Source: a virus
Lineage: Duplodnaviria > Caudoviricetes
DNA: 27,164 bases
IMG/VR virus record: IMGVR_UViG_3300049169_000038
Coordinates: 1 to 27,164 of that record
Reading direction: 5' to 3' (one strand)
Translations under genes and position numbers: made by a program
Shown: piece after piece, positions 9,930 to 18,527 of the stretch
Layout of the letters: every line of letters starts with the position of its first letter
How positions within the stretch are numbered: position 1 is the first letter of the stretch
The notes under the pieces: generated by a model
What the model was told of the DNA's origin: nothing
Seen by the model: the letters and a program-made list of their open reading frames with translations, nothing else
The model's database searches: none

Positions 9930-10028
9930 ATCGTGCAGGGTTAGGCAAGTCCTTGGCAAGACGCGCGCAGCGCTATGGCTAGAGATAAAGCCTAGCCACT
10001 TGTGCGACCGGAAAGGGTCTGTCAGGCT
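9930..10028. promoter_or_regulatory. Back-to-back promoters with an intervening operator-like inverted repeat
   Basis: Leftward TTGCCA-N18-CACGAT-N6-ATG(9923). Rightward TTGTGC-N17-CAGGCT-N6-ATG(10035). TGGCTAG-N9-CTAGCCA at 9976-9998. Confidence 0.65.
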
Positions 10029-10034
10029 TCAGGC

Positions 10035-10274
10035 ATGGCCGAGAACCACATCCTGCGCCTCGCACAGGTGCGTGCTGCCGTCACGAGCGGTGAAGCGCGG
10101 CGACTCCGTGAGGCCGCACGCCTATCCATTGGAGAGGTAGCCCACGCTTGTGGGGTAGACCAATCAACCATCTGGCGATGGGAGCGGGGCACCCGTTTGC
10201 CGCGAGGAGATCGGGCCTTGCGGTACGGGGACCTGATCGATTCGCTTCGCAGGCAGCTTCGGGAGACGGCGTGA
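10035..10274 (+). CDS. XRE/Cro-like HTH regulator
   Basis: RRLREAARLSIGEVAHACGVDQSTIWRWERG is a classic XRE HTH. Confidence 0.88.
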   Translation: MAENHILRLAQVRAAVTSGEARRLREAARLSIGEVAHACGVDQSTIWRWERGTRLPRGDRALRYGDLIDSLRRQLRETA

Positions 10275-10585
10275 ACGCCCTGACGATTGCCGAAATCCGC
10301 GACCTGCCTGCTGTCGTCCCGCTGTGGCCGACCGTCGGCAAGGCCCTGGGACTCGCCGAGTCCACCACCTACCAGCTCGCGGCCGAGGGCCGCCTGCCGA
10401 TTGAGGTCATCCGCCTCGGGCGCCGACGCGTCGCCCGGACCGTCGACCTCCACCGCTTCCTCGGGCTCATCCCGCAGGAGAACGGCGCCGCTCCGACGTA
10501 CCAGGTCGGAGCGTCCGCCGGAAACGGCGAAGGGCCCGGGTACCAGCCGGGCCCTCCAGTCGAGCAAACCGCATCCACGCAATAG
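10271..10585 (+). CDS. Excisionase-like DNA-binding protein
   Basis: GKALGLAESTTYQLAAEGRLPIEVIRLGRRRV is an Xis/HTH_17-like pattern; GTGA overlap with the previous gene. Confidence 0.75.
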   Translation: MNALTIAEIRDLPAVVPLWPTVGKALGLAESTTYQLAAEGRLPIEVIRLGRRRVARTVDLHRFLGLIPQENGAAPTYQVGASAGNGEGPGYQPGPPVEQTASTQ

Positions 10586-10599
10586 GAACGGACAGCTCT

Positions 10600-10863
10600 A
10601 TGCATAGCTTCGCACAGATGGCGACGCTGCCGTCGACCCAGCCCGACCCGCACGAGACCGTCACGGCCCTCGCTGCGGAGCATGGCCTGCAGATCGAGGA
10701 GTGGGACACCTCCACCCTCGACGCGAGCCTCTACGACCAGTTCGTGGCCATGTACGTCCAGACCAAGGGTGAGCGCTTCATCGTTGTCCCCGCCGGTCAG
10801 GACCCTGCGCACCGGCTCGCCGTCGTGCGCGCTCTCCTCGCGCACCCGGGGGTGACGGCATGA
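10600..10863 (+). CDS. Hypothetical phage protein
   Basis: High-GC3 ORF with an ATGA overlap to the next gene. Confidence 0.7.
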   Translation: MHSFAQMATLPSTQPDPHETVTALAAEHGLQIEEWDTSTLDASLYDQFVAMYVQTKGERFIVVPAGQDPAHRLAVVRALLAHPGVTA

Positions 10864-11324
10864 CCACCCTGACCGCCTCCCAGCGCGGTACCGCCTGGAT
10901 GCTCCGCTGGGGCTGCCCGCCCGACTGCGCCATCGACCATGACGCCCCGGGCGCCCCCGAGTGGCACGTCAGCCACCGGATCGAGACCGCCCTGCGGGAC
11001 ATCGACTCCAGCCTCACGCCCGAGGAGCGCGCCCGCTGGCCGTGGCTCGCCGCGCAGGTCGTCGTCATCTGCGACCGGCCGCAGGCATACGGCCGGCAGA
11101 CCCGCGTGTGGCTCGACTTCGGTACGTCCACCGGGGAGCTGTCCCCGGCCGAGGCCCGCCAGGCGCTCGCCGAGCTGCGCGGCTTCACCGCCCAGCTTGA
11201 GGCCGTCGTCGCCGCCGCCGAGCAGACCGCCGGCGGCGACTTCGCGGGCGACCCCGAGATAGCCCGGCTCGACCGCGAGGCCGAAGACCGGCGCATCATG
11301 GCGATCACCGAGGGGCGTCGATGA
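10860..11324 (+). CDS. Hypothetical protein, DUF6907-like
   Basis: CPPDCAIDH...WH pattern and C-terminal LSPAEARQALAELR helix; coupled at both ends. Confidence 0.7.
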   Translation: MTTLTASQRGTAWMLRWGCPPDCAIDHDAPGAPEWHVSHRIETALRDIDSSLTPEERARWPWLAAQVVVICDRPQAYGRQTRVWLDFGTSTGELSPAEARQALAELRGFTAQLEAVVAAAEQTAGGDFAGDPEIARLDREAEDRRIMAITEGRR

Positions 11325-12163
11325 GCACGCTGGAGATGGCCCTGACGGAGTCCCGCACGATGCGGGCCCAGACATCCGGCCGTGTCGATGTCCTCGACAA
11401 GGTGAAGGCGCTGGCGCTGCTGCCCGACGGCGTGCACGCCACCACCGAGATCGTCGCCTCCTACTTCGAGGTGGGAACCGACGCAATCGAGAGCATCGTC
11501 CGCCGGCATCGCGACGAGCTGACCGAGAACGGTATGGAGACCCTGCGTGGTGACGCTCTCCGTGCCTTCAATGAGACTGTCAGCCCGACAGTCTCATCCC
11601 GCCGGAACTCGCTCCGGGTCTTCACCCGCCGCACGATTCTGAACGTCGCCCAGTTGCTCACCGAGTCGGACGTCGCCCGCCGGGTCCGCACGTACCTTCT
11701 GGAAGTCGAGGAGCAGGCGACCCCGCAGCAGCGGTACGAGGGAGTCGAGCGGGCCCGTCTCGCGCAGGAACGCTTGTCCGCCATGGGGGTCGCCAAGCAG
11801 TTCGGACTGGTCAACTCCTCCTACGTCGAGGCGATGGCGCGCACCGAGCTGGCGCGGATGAACGGCCAGGAGCCGGACATCGACCCCTCGGACATCACGA
11901 TCACCTGCGACGAGTTCCTGTCGGAGCGCGGCGTCACCGGCTCCGACCTGGCGTCGGCCCGGGTGAGGCTCGGTCGCATCGTCGCCGTGCTCTACCGGGC
12001 GCGGTATGGCCAGGAACCGCAGGTGATCAAGCGACCCATCAACGGGGTGCACCGGGACGTGAAGGTGTACACGCACCGGGACATCGACCTGTTCGAGAAG
12101 GCGTGGGCCGAACTCGGTCGGCACTACGACGTGCAGGGCTCGCTGACGGGGGTGCGGCCGTGA
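11321..12163 (+). CDS. Antirepressor-like DNA-binding protein (ORF6N-like N-terminus)
   Basis: ATTEIVASYFEV..AIESIVRRHRDEL..G...LRG...LRVFTRR..LNVAQLLTESDVARRVR resembles ORF6N-type domains; early-operon position. Confidence 0.6.
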   Translation: MSTLEMALTESRTMRAQTSGRVDVLDKVKALALLPDGVHATTEIVASYFEVGTDAIESIVRRHRDELTENGMETLRGDALRAFNETVSPTVSSRRNSLRVFTRRTILNVAQLLTESDVARRVRTYLLEVEEQATPQQRYEGVERARLAQERLSAMGVAKQFGLVNSSYVEAMARTELARMNGQEPDIDPSDITITCDEFLSERGVTGSDLASARVRLGRIVAVLYRARYGQEPQVIKRPINGVHRDVKVYTHRDIDLFEKAWAELGRHYDVQGSLTGVRP

Positions 12164-12387
12164 GTGCCCCGACGAACGCCGCGTCGGCGGCCGGGGGCAC
12201 TCCCGGCCGCCGGGCCCGTGCCGACCGGCCCGTCCGCTTCGAGGACCCCGCCCGCAACGCCGCGTACTGGGCCCGTATCGACCGCATCGTCGACGAAGCC
12301 CCGCCGCTGACCATTGAGCAGAAGGCCACGCTGCGCGGCATCTTCGCGCCCGTCGTCGCCGCCATGGCCAAGGAGGAGGCAGCGTGA
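12160..12387 (+). CDS. Hypothetical phage protein
   Basis: GTGA overlaps at both ends; IVDEAPPLT motif seen in small actinophage proteins. Confidence 0.65.
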   Translation: MSAPTNAASAAGGTPGRRARADRPVRFEDPARNAAYWARIDRIVDEAPPLTIEQKATLRGIFAPVVAAMAKEEAA

Positions 12388-12701
12388 CGCGCACCCCGCT
12401 GGACACGTTCCTGTCCGACCAGGCGCTGGCCGCCGGCCGTACCGCCGCCGCTGACCCCAGCCTGGTGCCGGTCGTCGTCACCGCGGCCAACGGCGAGCAG
12501 TGCACCTGGTGCGACTGCCCCGACGGACCCGGCTCTCCGCACAACAACCCGAACTACCGGTGCGGCGGGTGCGGCACCGCCGCCAAGCACGTCGTCAGCA
12601 CCTTCTCGGGCCCCAACCGGCGCTACGACTTCCCGGCCTGCGAGAGGCACCGGGACGACATCGTCGCCGCCGTCATCGCCACCACCCAGAGATCGGCCTG
12701 A
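12384..12701 (+). CDS. Cys-rich putative zinc-binding protein
   Basis: CTWCDC, CGGC and CERH motifs; RBS AAGGAGGAGG. Confidence 0.7.
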   Translation: MTRTPLDTFLSDQALAAGRTAAADPSLVPVVVTAANGEQCTWCDCPDGPGSPHNNPNYRCGGCGTAAKHVVSTFSGPNRRYDFPACERHRDDIVAAVIATTQRSA

Positions 12702-12846
12702 CCGGCGCGGGCGGCCACGGTCGCCCGCGCCCCGCCAACGCACAGATCCAGCGCAGAGAAGAGCCGTTCGTGAAGAGCACTACCGGCGGCAGCCGCATCG
12801 CTCGGGAGGTCCCGGGGCGGGCCGACCAGCAGAGGGCGAGGCGGTG

Positions 12847-13710
12847 ATGGGGTTCCTGCTTTTTCGTGAGGTGAAGACGTGGGCTCCTCCCACGCTCACC
12901 CACCAGGAGAAGCTCACGGCCCTGGTGCTGGCGGACGACGCCAACGATGAGACACGCCTGACGTACAACAGCGTCGTCGACGAGGAGATCATGCGCTGCG
13001 CCATGGTCCCCGACAGCCGAAAGATGCTTCGGATCATCGCCCGCCTCAAGCAGGAGAAGGTGCTGGAGCAGGTCGGCAAAGGGCACAACGGCCGTACCGC
13101 CAAATACCGGTTCCTCCACCTTGGGTCGGCCGACTCGAAGGATGGCGGAATCGACCACCCTACAGACCGCGTAGGGGGGTCGAATGAACCACCCTACGGG
13201 CCTGCCCAGGAAGAACCCCAGGGTGGCGAAATGAACCACCCTACGAACCCTGAAGGGTGGTCTTTTTCGACCACGAAGGGTGGTCAAAAGAACCACCCCT
13301 ACACCTCTACTTCCTCAACTACTACTTCCTCCTCTTCCGCGAACGCGTCAGAGGAGCGGCCAGAGGACCCCGCAGCCGACAAGGCGCCGAAGCCGAAGCG
13401 CAAGTCGCGGAAGAAGACGCCCCCGAGGGCGAACCCGCACCAGGTCGCCGACGACCTCACCGACGCCTTCTGGAAGGTGCACGGCAAGGGCCGGGCCCAG
13501 TCCTTCATCGCCATCCGCGGAGTCATCCGCACCGCGATCAAGAACGGCGTCGAACGCAACGACCTCGCCCGCGCCCTCGACCGCGTAGCCCGACAGGGCC
13601 GGTCGATCTCCGGCGCAACGCTCGACATCGCTCTCGGCGAGATCCGCGGACAGCAAGGCCCGTACCGCGACCCCGAGAACCAAGACGACTACGACCAGGA
13701 AGTGGCATGA
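12847..13710 (+). CDS. Putative phage replication initiator (N-terminal wHTH, internal iterons)
   Basis: EKLTALVLADDAND N-terminus, central repeat-coded linker, directly upstream of DnaC-like and DnaB genes (lambda O-like layout). Confidence 0.72.
   Translation: MGFLLFREVKTWAPPTLTHQEKLTALVLADDANDETRLTYNSVVDEEIMRCAMVPDSRKMLRIIARLKQEKVLEQVGKGHNGRTAKYRFLHLGSADSKDGGIDHPTDRVGGSNEPPYGPAQEEPQGGEMNHPTNPEGWSFSTTKGGQKNHPYTSTSSTTTSSSSANASEERPEDPAADKAPKPKRKSRKKTPPRANPHQVADDLTDAFWKVHGKGRAQSFIAIRGVIRTAIKNGVERNDLARALDRVARQGRSISGATLDIALGEIRGQQGPYRDPENQDDYDQEVA
13140..13337. repeat. Putative replication origin: five palindromic iterons plus a pyrimidine-rich tract
   Basis: GGGTGG-N9-CCACCC-type units at 13140, 13174, 13221, 13255 (N10, degenerate) and 13278. 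AATGAACCACCCTACG is exact at 13183 and 13230. Confidence 0.75.
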
Positions 13711-14489
13711 ACCAGCACTTCAGCACCCTCAGCCTCGACCACGCCGGGCTGGGTATCCCGCCCGGCCGCTACGCCCTGCCCGGCGAGCACACCGCCCGCT
13801 CCCACGCGGAGGCGGCCGGCCTCGACCCCGACCAGTTCGCCGAGCACCTGCGCGAGCACTACACCGGCCGGCGCCCCGTCGCCGACCTCGCCCCGGCCGA
13901 GTACGCGTTCCTGCGCGACGAGTTGCTGGAACAGGTCGCCGACCGCCGCCAGGAGGCCCTCGACTACTTCAACGCCCACGTGCCCCGCCGGTTCGCGCAC
14001 GCCGAGCCGGACGCGGCAGCGCGAGACTGGGCGGCCCGCGTCGTGGCCGCGCCACACGACACCCAGTCGCTGCTGCTCGTCGGACCCGTTGGCGTCGGGA
14101 AGACGCACTACGCCTTCAGCGTCCTGCGTGCGGTCGCTGAGACCGGCAGCACGATCAAGTGGCAGGCCTACACCGCGGCGAACCTGTACGCGGCTCTCAG
14201 GCCCCGTGACGACCGCCGCGCGGACTCCGACTACGAGTCCATCGCGCACGCCCCGCTGCTGTTCGTCGACGACCTGGGCGCGGCCAAGCTCACCGAGTGG
14301 GCCGAAGAGGTCACCTACCGGCTGATCAACGACCGGTACGAGCGGTGCCTGCCCTCGATCTTCACCACCAACGTGCTGCCCGGTCAGCTCGGCGCGACCG
14401 TCGGTGACCGCGTCGCCTCCCGGATCGCCGAGATGTGCGAGCGCACCGCACTCAAGGGCACTGACCGGCGGAAGAAGGTCGCCCAGTGA
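13707..14489 (+). CDS. DnaC/IstB-like AAA+ ATPase (helicase loader)
   Basis: VPRRF, Walker A GPVGVGKT, Walker B LLFVDDLG, TTN, GDRVASRI, GTDRR; ATGA overlap. Confidence 0.9.
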   Translation: MNQHFSTLSLDHAGLGIPPGRYALPGEHTARSHAEAAGLDPDQFAEHLREHYTGRRPVADLAPAEYAFLRDELLEQVADRRQEALDYFNAHVPRRFAHAEPDAAARDWAARVVAAPHDTQSLLLVGPVGVGKTHYAFSVLRAVAETGSTIKWQAYTAANLYAALRPRDDRRADSDYESIAHAPLLFVDDLGAAKLTEWAEEVTYRLINDRYERCLPSIFTTNVLPGQLGATVGDRVASRIAEMCERTALKGTDRRKKVAQ

Positions 14490-15814
14490 GCGAGCAGTTC
14501 GACGAGCGCCCCATGCCGCACGACATGGCTGCCGAACGCGCCGTCCTGGGCGGGATGCTCCTGTCCCGTGACGCCATCGCGGACGTCATCGAGATCATCA
14601 CGGGTGCCGCCTTCTACCAGCCCGCCCACGAGGTCCTGTTCGACGCCATCGTCACGATGTTCGCCAAGGGTGAGCCCACCGACCCGATCGCCGTGACGAA
14701 CTACCTGCGTGAGCAGGGCACGATCGGCAAGGTGGGCGGCATGCTCGCCGTCCACGACATGATCAAGTACGTGCCGACGGCGGCGAACTCTGGGTACCAC
14801 GCGGAGATCGTCCGGGACTGCGCGACGCGTAGGCGCCTGATCACAGCTGGCGCGACCATCGCCAGCCTCGGCTACTCGGGCCGCGACGCCGCCGAAGCCG
14901 TCGACGCTGCCGCCGCCGAGGTCGCGGGCATCACCGCCGTCGACGACGACCCGGACGCGGCCCTGCTCGGCGACGACTACGGCGAGTTCCTTGAGGAGCT
15001 CGACGGGCTATCCCGCAACGGCACGGCGATGGGCGTGCCCACAGGCTTCACCGACCTCGACAGCCTGCTGAACGGGCTCCACCCCGGGCAGGTCATCATC
15101 GTCGCCGGGCGGCCCGGCCTCGGAAAGTCGACGCTCGGTGTCGACTTCCTCCGGTCCTGCTCCATCAAGCACGGCCGTCCGTCCGTCCTGTTCAGCCTGG
15201 AGATGTCCCGCCGGGAGGTGCAGGCCCGCATCACCTCGGCCGAAGCCCGTGTCGGCCTGCACCACATCCGCAGCGGGACGATGACCGACAACGACTGGAC
15301 CCGCATCGCCCGGCGCACACCCGATATCGCCGCCGCGCCGCTCGTCATCGACGCCGGCCCCAACCAGACCGTCGCGCAGATCAAGGCCAAGTGCCGGCGC
15401 CTGAAGCAGCAGGGCGGCCTCGATCTGGTCGTCATCGACTACCTGCAGCTGCTCACCGCGGGCACCACCCGCCGGGACAACCGGCAGCTTGAGGTATCCG
15501 AGATGAGCCGCAGTCTCAAGCTGCTCGCCAAGGAGCTGGAGGTGCCCGTCGTGGTCCTCTCTCAGCTCAACCGGGAGTCCGAGAAGCGGCAGGACAAGAA
15601 GCCGACCAAGGCCGACCTGCGCGAGTCCGGGTCCCTTGAGCAGGACGCCGATGTCGTGATCCTGGTCCACCGGGAGGACGCGTACACGAAGGAGTCTCCG
15701 CGCGCCGGTGAGACGGACCTGATCGTGGACAAACACCGCAACGGGCCGACCGCCACGATCACCGTTGCCGCGCAACTCCACTACAGCCGGTTCATCGACA
15801 TGGCCCAGACATGA
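14486..15814 (+). CDS. dnaB: Replicative DNA helicase DnaB (element-encoded)
   Basis: PHDMAAERAVLG, GVPTGFTDLD, GRPGLGKS, FSLEM, IDYLQL, LSQLNR, DLRESGSLEQDAD, KHRNGPT. Confidence 0.96.
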   Translation: MSEQFDERPMPHDMAAERAVLGGMLLSRDAIADVIEIITGAAFYQPAHEVLFDAIVTMFAKGEPTDPIAVTNYLREQGTIGKVGGMLAVHDMIKYVPTAANSGYHAEIVRDCATRRRLITAGATIASLGYSGRDAAEAVDAAAAEVAGITAVDDDPDAALLGDDYGEFLEELDGLSRNGTAMGVPTGFTDLDSLLNGLHPGQVIIVAGRPGLGKSTLGVDFLRSCSIKHGRPSVLFSLEMSRREVQARITSAEARVGLHHIRSGTMTDNDWTRIARRTPDIAAAPLVIDAGPNQTVAQIKAKCRRLKQQGGLDLVVIDYLQLLTAGTTRRDNRQLEVSEMSRSLKLLAKELEVPVVVLSQLNRESEKRQDKKPTKADLRESGSLEQDADVVILVHREDAYTKESPRAGETDLIVDKHRNGPTATITVAAQLHYSRFIDMAQT

Positions 15815-16071
15815 GCGAGCTCACTCCCGAGGACATCGCCGTGGCCCGAGCCCAGGGTGACGTGGTTGCCCTGGTGCTCATGGCGAGCGGCCTACCGGTC
15901 ACGGCACCCAAGGCGAAGCAGCAGGCACCCGTCCAGACATCGCCGCTCCCTCCGCGGTCACGGCCCGGGGCATGGCCTGACGGGACGCGATCCCCGGGGC
16001 CCACTCCGGAGGTCGCCGAGTACCTGGCCCGGCTCTGGCCGGACCGCTACGCACCGGCCACTAGGAGCTGA
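15811..16071 (+). CDS. Hypothetical protein
   Basis: ATGA overlap with dnaB; RPGAWP motif. Confidence 0.65.
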   Translation: MSELTPEDIAVARAQGDVVALVLMASGLPVTAPKAKQQAPVQTSPLPPRSRPGAWPDGTRSPGPTPEVAEYLARLWPDRYAPATRS

Positions 16072-16216
16072 CGGGTCGACTCTGGCTCGACAGCGTCTGA
16101 GTTTTCGACGTCATCAGCCAACGTCTCAACTGGACTTGATCAAAAGCCGGGACGGACACACCGCACCAGTCATACCGTCCCAGCACAGACCCATCCCATT
16201 CCGCTCAGGAGGCTCA

Positions 16217-17125
16217 ATGCCATCCATCTATCTCGCAGGGAAAATCGGCCCGAACGACTGGCGCCACGACCTGACCGGCTGGCAACTCCGCCATGCCTGG
16301 GAGGTCGATGACGCTCACCCTGACGAGCCGTGGCCTGTCATGAAGCGCAGCATCCTCGGCGTCTTCGACTACGTCGGCCCCTACTTCGTCAGCGACGATC
16401 ACGGTTGCGGCCATGGTTCGAACACCCACGGCTGTGGCAACGACGGCGTCGTGCCCTGTTTCACCTACGAGAACTTGCCCAAGCGGGACCGGGTGAGGGA
16501 GCTCTGTCTCTCGGCCATCGACACCGCCGACATCGTCTTCGCCTGGCTCGATGACCTCACCGCCTACGGGACCCTGGTCGAGATCGGCTATGCCAGGGGC
16601 CGAGGCAAGATCATTGTCATCGCAGCGCCCGAGGCGCCCCGGACCTTCGGGTGGTCGTCGAACGCCGACGAGGTTGTCCTGGGCATCGCGGATAGTGCCA
16701 CCAACGATCTCTGGTTCGCGTTCTCCTGCGCCTCCACCATTATCACCGCCGAGACCCCACACGAAGCCGTCAAGGAGGTCGCCCGCCTCTTCCCCGCCCT
16801 CGAATCCCCCATCGAGCAAGCATTCTGGGACGCCTACGTGCAGAAGCTCCCACGGGAGCTGAGCGGGCTGGAGGCCCAACACGCGGTCCTGGGCGGTCGG
16901 TACCGAATCGACTTCGCCCTGCCCAAGCAGAAAATCGGCATCGAACTCGACGGGTACGCCTGGCACTCCAGCCCTGAAGCCTTCACCCGCGACCGAGCCA
17001 GGCAGCGCGAACTCGAACTCGAAGGCTGGCGGATCATCCGCTTCAGCGGCTCCGAGGTCACCAAGGACGCCGACGACTGCGTGACCCAAGCCGCCACCTA
17101 CGCAGCCCGCCTCGGCCGCGACTGA
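16217..17125 (+). CDS. Nucleoside 2-deoxyribosyltransferase-like domain fused to a DUF559/Vsr-like endonuclease
   Basis: N-terminal IYLAG...AIDTADIVFAWLD...GTLVEIGYA; C-terminal ESPIE...YRIDFA...IELDGYAWH...RDRARQREL...GWRIIRFSGSEV; RBS AGGAGG. Confidence 0.82.
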   Translation: MPSIYLAGKIGPNDWRHDLTGWQLRHAWEVDDAHPDEPWPVMKRSILGVFDYVGPYFVSDDHGCGHGSNTHGCGNDGVVPCFTYENLPKRDRVRELCLSAIDTADIVFAWLDDLTAYGTLVEIGYARGRGKIIVIAAPEAPRTFGWSSNADEVVLGIADSATNDLWFAFSCASTIITAETPHEAVKEVARLFPALESPIEQAFWDAYVQKLPRELSGLEAQHAVLGGRYRIDFALPKQKIGIELDGYAWHSSPEAFTRDRARQRELELEGWRIIRFSGSEVTKDADDCVTQAATYAARLGRD

Positions 17126-17149
17126 ACTCCCGATCCGGAAGGCAGCACC

Positions 17150-17488
17150 ATGAAGCACATCGGCGACGCCATCCTCGTCACTGAGGACAGCGCCATCATC
17201 ACTATCAACCTGCCCACGAACCGCGAGCACTTCGCCGAGTTCACCGCCGCGGTCCTCCGCTGCGACACCCTGGAAGCCTTCGACCTCGCCGAGGGGATCA
17301 CTCTCTGGCTCGACGAAGAGGGGCGCAACGCCTGGCCGTATAACACTTTGATCGACGCCCTCGGGCACCTCTACGGCCACACGAACAGCTTCCATGGCCC
17401 CGTCCTGATCACCGGCTACGGCCAGCACGTCGAACCGCTCCCGCAGGAGACCGCGCTTCGCATCCTGGGCGAACTGAACCGCGCCTGA
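17150..17488 (+). CDS. DUF3846-like protein
   Basis: LWLDEEG...N.......HGPVLITG pattern; RBS GGAAGG. Confidence 0.65.
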   Translation: MKHIGDAILVTEDSAIITINLPTNREHFAEFTAAVLRCDTLEAFDLAEGITLWLDEEGRNAWPYNTLIDALGHLYGHTNSFHGPVLITGYGQHVEPLPQETALRILGELNRA

Positions 17489-17501
17489 CCCGCATGAAAC
17501 C

Positions 17502-17530
17502 GGCCGGGCCCGCGGTCATCGGGCCCGGCC
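17502..17530 (+). terminator. Hairpin after the DUF3846-like gene
   Basis: GGCCGGGCCCG-N7-CGGGCCCGGCC, 11-bp stem, no U tract. Confidence 0.5.
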
Positions 17531-17556
17531 ACCCACCCAGCATCCCGCAAGCGTCC

Positions 17557-17623
17557 TGATCACTTTGCGGATGCCCGTCTACTGAAAACCCTTGTCACTT
17601 TCGTGGCCCCCCGAAAGTGATCA
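17557..17623. promoter_or_regulatory. Operator-like repeats
   Basis: TCACTTTCG-N8-CGAAAGTGA (17595-17620); TGATCACTTT (17557) pairs with AAAGTGATCA (17614). Confidence 0.55.
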
Positions 17624-17640
17624 ACCGAAGGAGAGCTGGA

Positions 17641-18267
17641 GTGGCCACCACGTGCGAGCTGTGCGGTGAGGAGACTGCGGGCCGGTACCTCTGCGGGCGG
17701 CACGCGGTCCAGCTCGCCAAACGGCTGGACGAGCTGCCGACCCTGTACGCCGAGGTCGCCGAGTGCCTCGTCCCCCGCCGGGCGGCCTTCGGCGAGATCG
17801 TGTCCACCCGTGGCGCGGCCGGCCCGCGCTCCCCGCTCAACGAGGACGTCTTGGACACGGTGAACTGGGGCCGGGCGGCCGAGGTGGTGCGGTTGTGGCG
17901 GGTGGCCGTGCAGCGTGTGCGCTGGCCGCAGCACGGCCCGCCGCCCGCCGCGGACCTGGCCGCGGACTGCCGGTGGCTGGCCATGGAGCTGGAGTGGATC
18001 GCCAGCGAGTACCCGGCGGCCGGGGATCTGGCGCGTGAGGTGCGGGAGTTGGAGGTGCAGGCGCGGACGGTCGTCGGTGATCCGGCGCCGCGTCCGCAGC
18101 GTCTGGGGACGTGCGTGGCGATCACCGCCGAGGGCGTCGTGTGCGGCGCGGTGATCTCCCGGCTGCCGGGGCAGACCCGGTTGAAGTGCCGCTGGTGTAG
18201 CTACACCTACGAGAGCGCGCAGGACTGGGCCCTGCTCGTGCACTTCCAGGCGGAGGCGACGACATGA
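17641..18267 (+). CDS. Cys-rich phage protein, possible transcription regulator
   Basis: CELC..LCGRH N-terminus, GTC...CGA...CRWC C-terminus; RBS GAAGGAG. Confidence 0.75.
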   Translation: MATTCELCGEETAGRYLCGRHAVQLAKRLDELPTLYAEVAECLVPRRAAFGEIVSTRGAAGPRSPLNEDVLDTVNWGRAAEVVRLWRVAVQRVRWPQHGPPPAADLAADCRWLAMELEWIASEYPAAGDLAREVRELEVQARTVVGDPAPRPQRLGTCVAITAEGVVCGAVISRLPGQTRLKCRWCSYTYESAQDWALLVHFQAEATT

Positions 18268-18317
18268 GTATCGCATCCCCCCTTGTGCGTAACCCCATGT
18301 GTGATAACCTCGGAGAG

Positions 18318-18527
18318 GTGGAAACGCCTCCCTGGCGGGACCGCCTTCGCACGGAAGACGAGTTGCTGGAACAGCTCGACAACCAGGCGGAAGCAGCCCG
18401 CAGACGACGGGCGCAAGCCCTCAAGGACGGGGCCGACGAACTCGGCAGCGTCTACAAGGTCGCGCAGCAGCTGGGCCTCAGCTGGACCGCTGTAGCGAAC
18501 GCGATCAAGAAGTACACAACGGAATAG
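18318..18527 (+). CDS. Small HTH protein, possible regulator of the transfer module
   Basis: GSVYKVAQQLGLSWTAVANAIKKY is an HTH. TTGTGC-N16-TAACCT-N7-GTG suggests a leaderless start; alternative start at 18264. Confidence 0.7.
   Translation: METPPWRDRLRTEDELLEQLDNQAEAARRRRAQALKDGADELGSVYKVAQQLGLSWTAVANAIKKYTTE

Noticed and set aside
13257-13706. N-terminal extension of the DnaC-like ORF
   Set aside because: It overlaps the initiator gene; the ATGA-coupled start at 13707 is more plausible.
13707-14489. IS21 element (IstB)
   Set aside because: No IstA transposase or terminal inverted repeats; the position between initiator and dnaB indicates a helicase loader.
15857-16216. N-terminal extension of the NDT-DUF559 ORF
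   Set aside because: AGGAGG precedes ATG 16217, and the NDT first strand (IYLAG) starts there.
16072-17125. Retron system suggested by the NDT-like domain
   Set aside because: No reverse transcriptase and no msr/msd-like inverted repeats were seen in the window.
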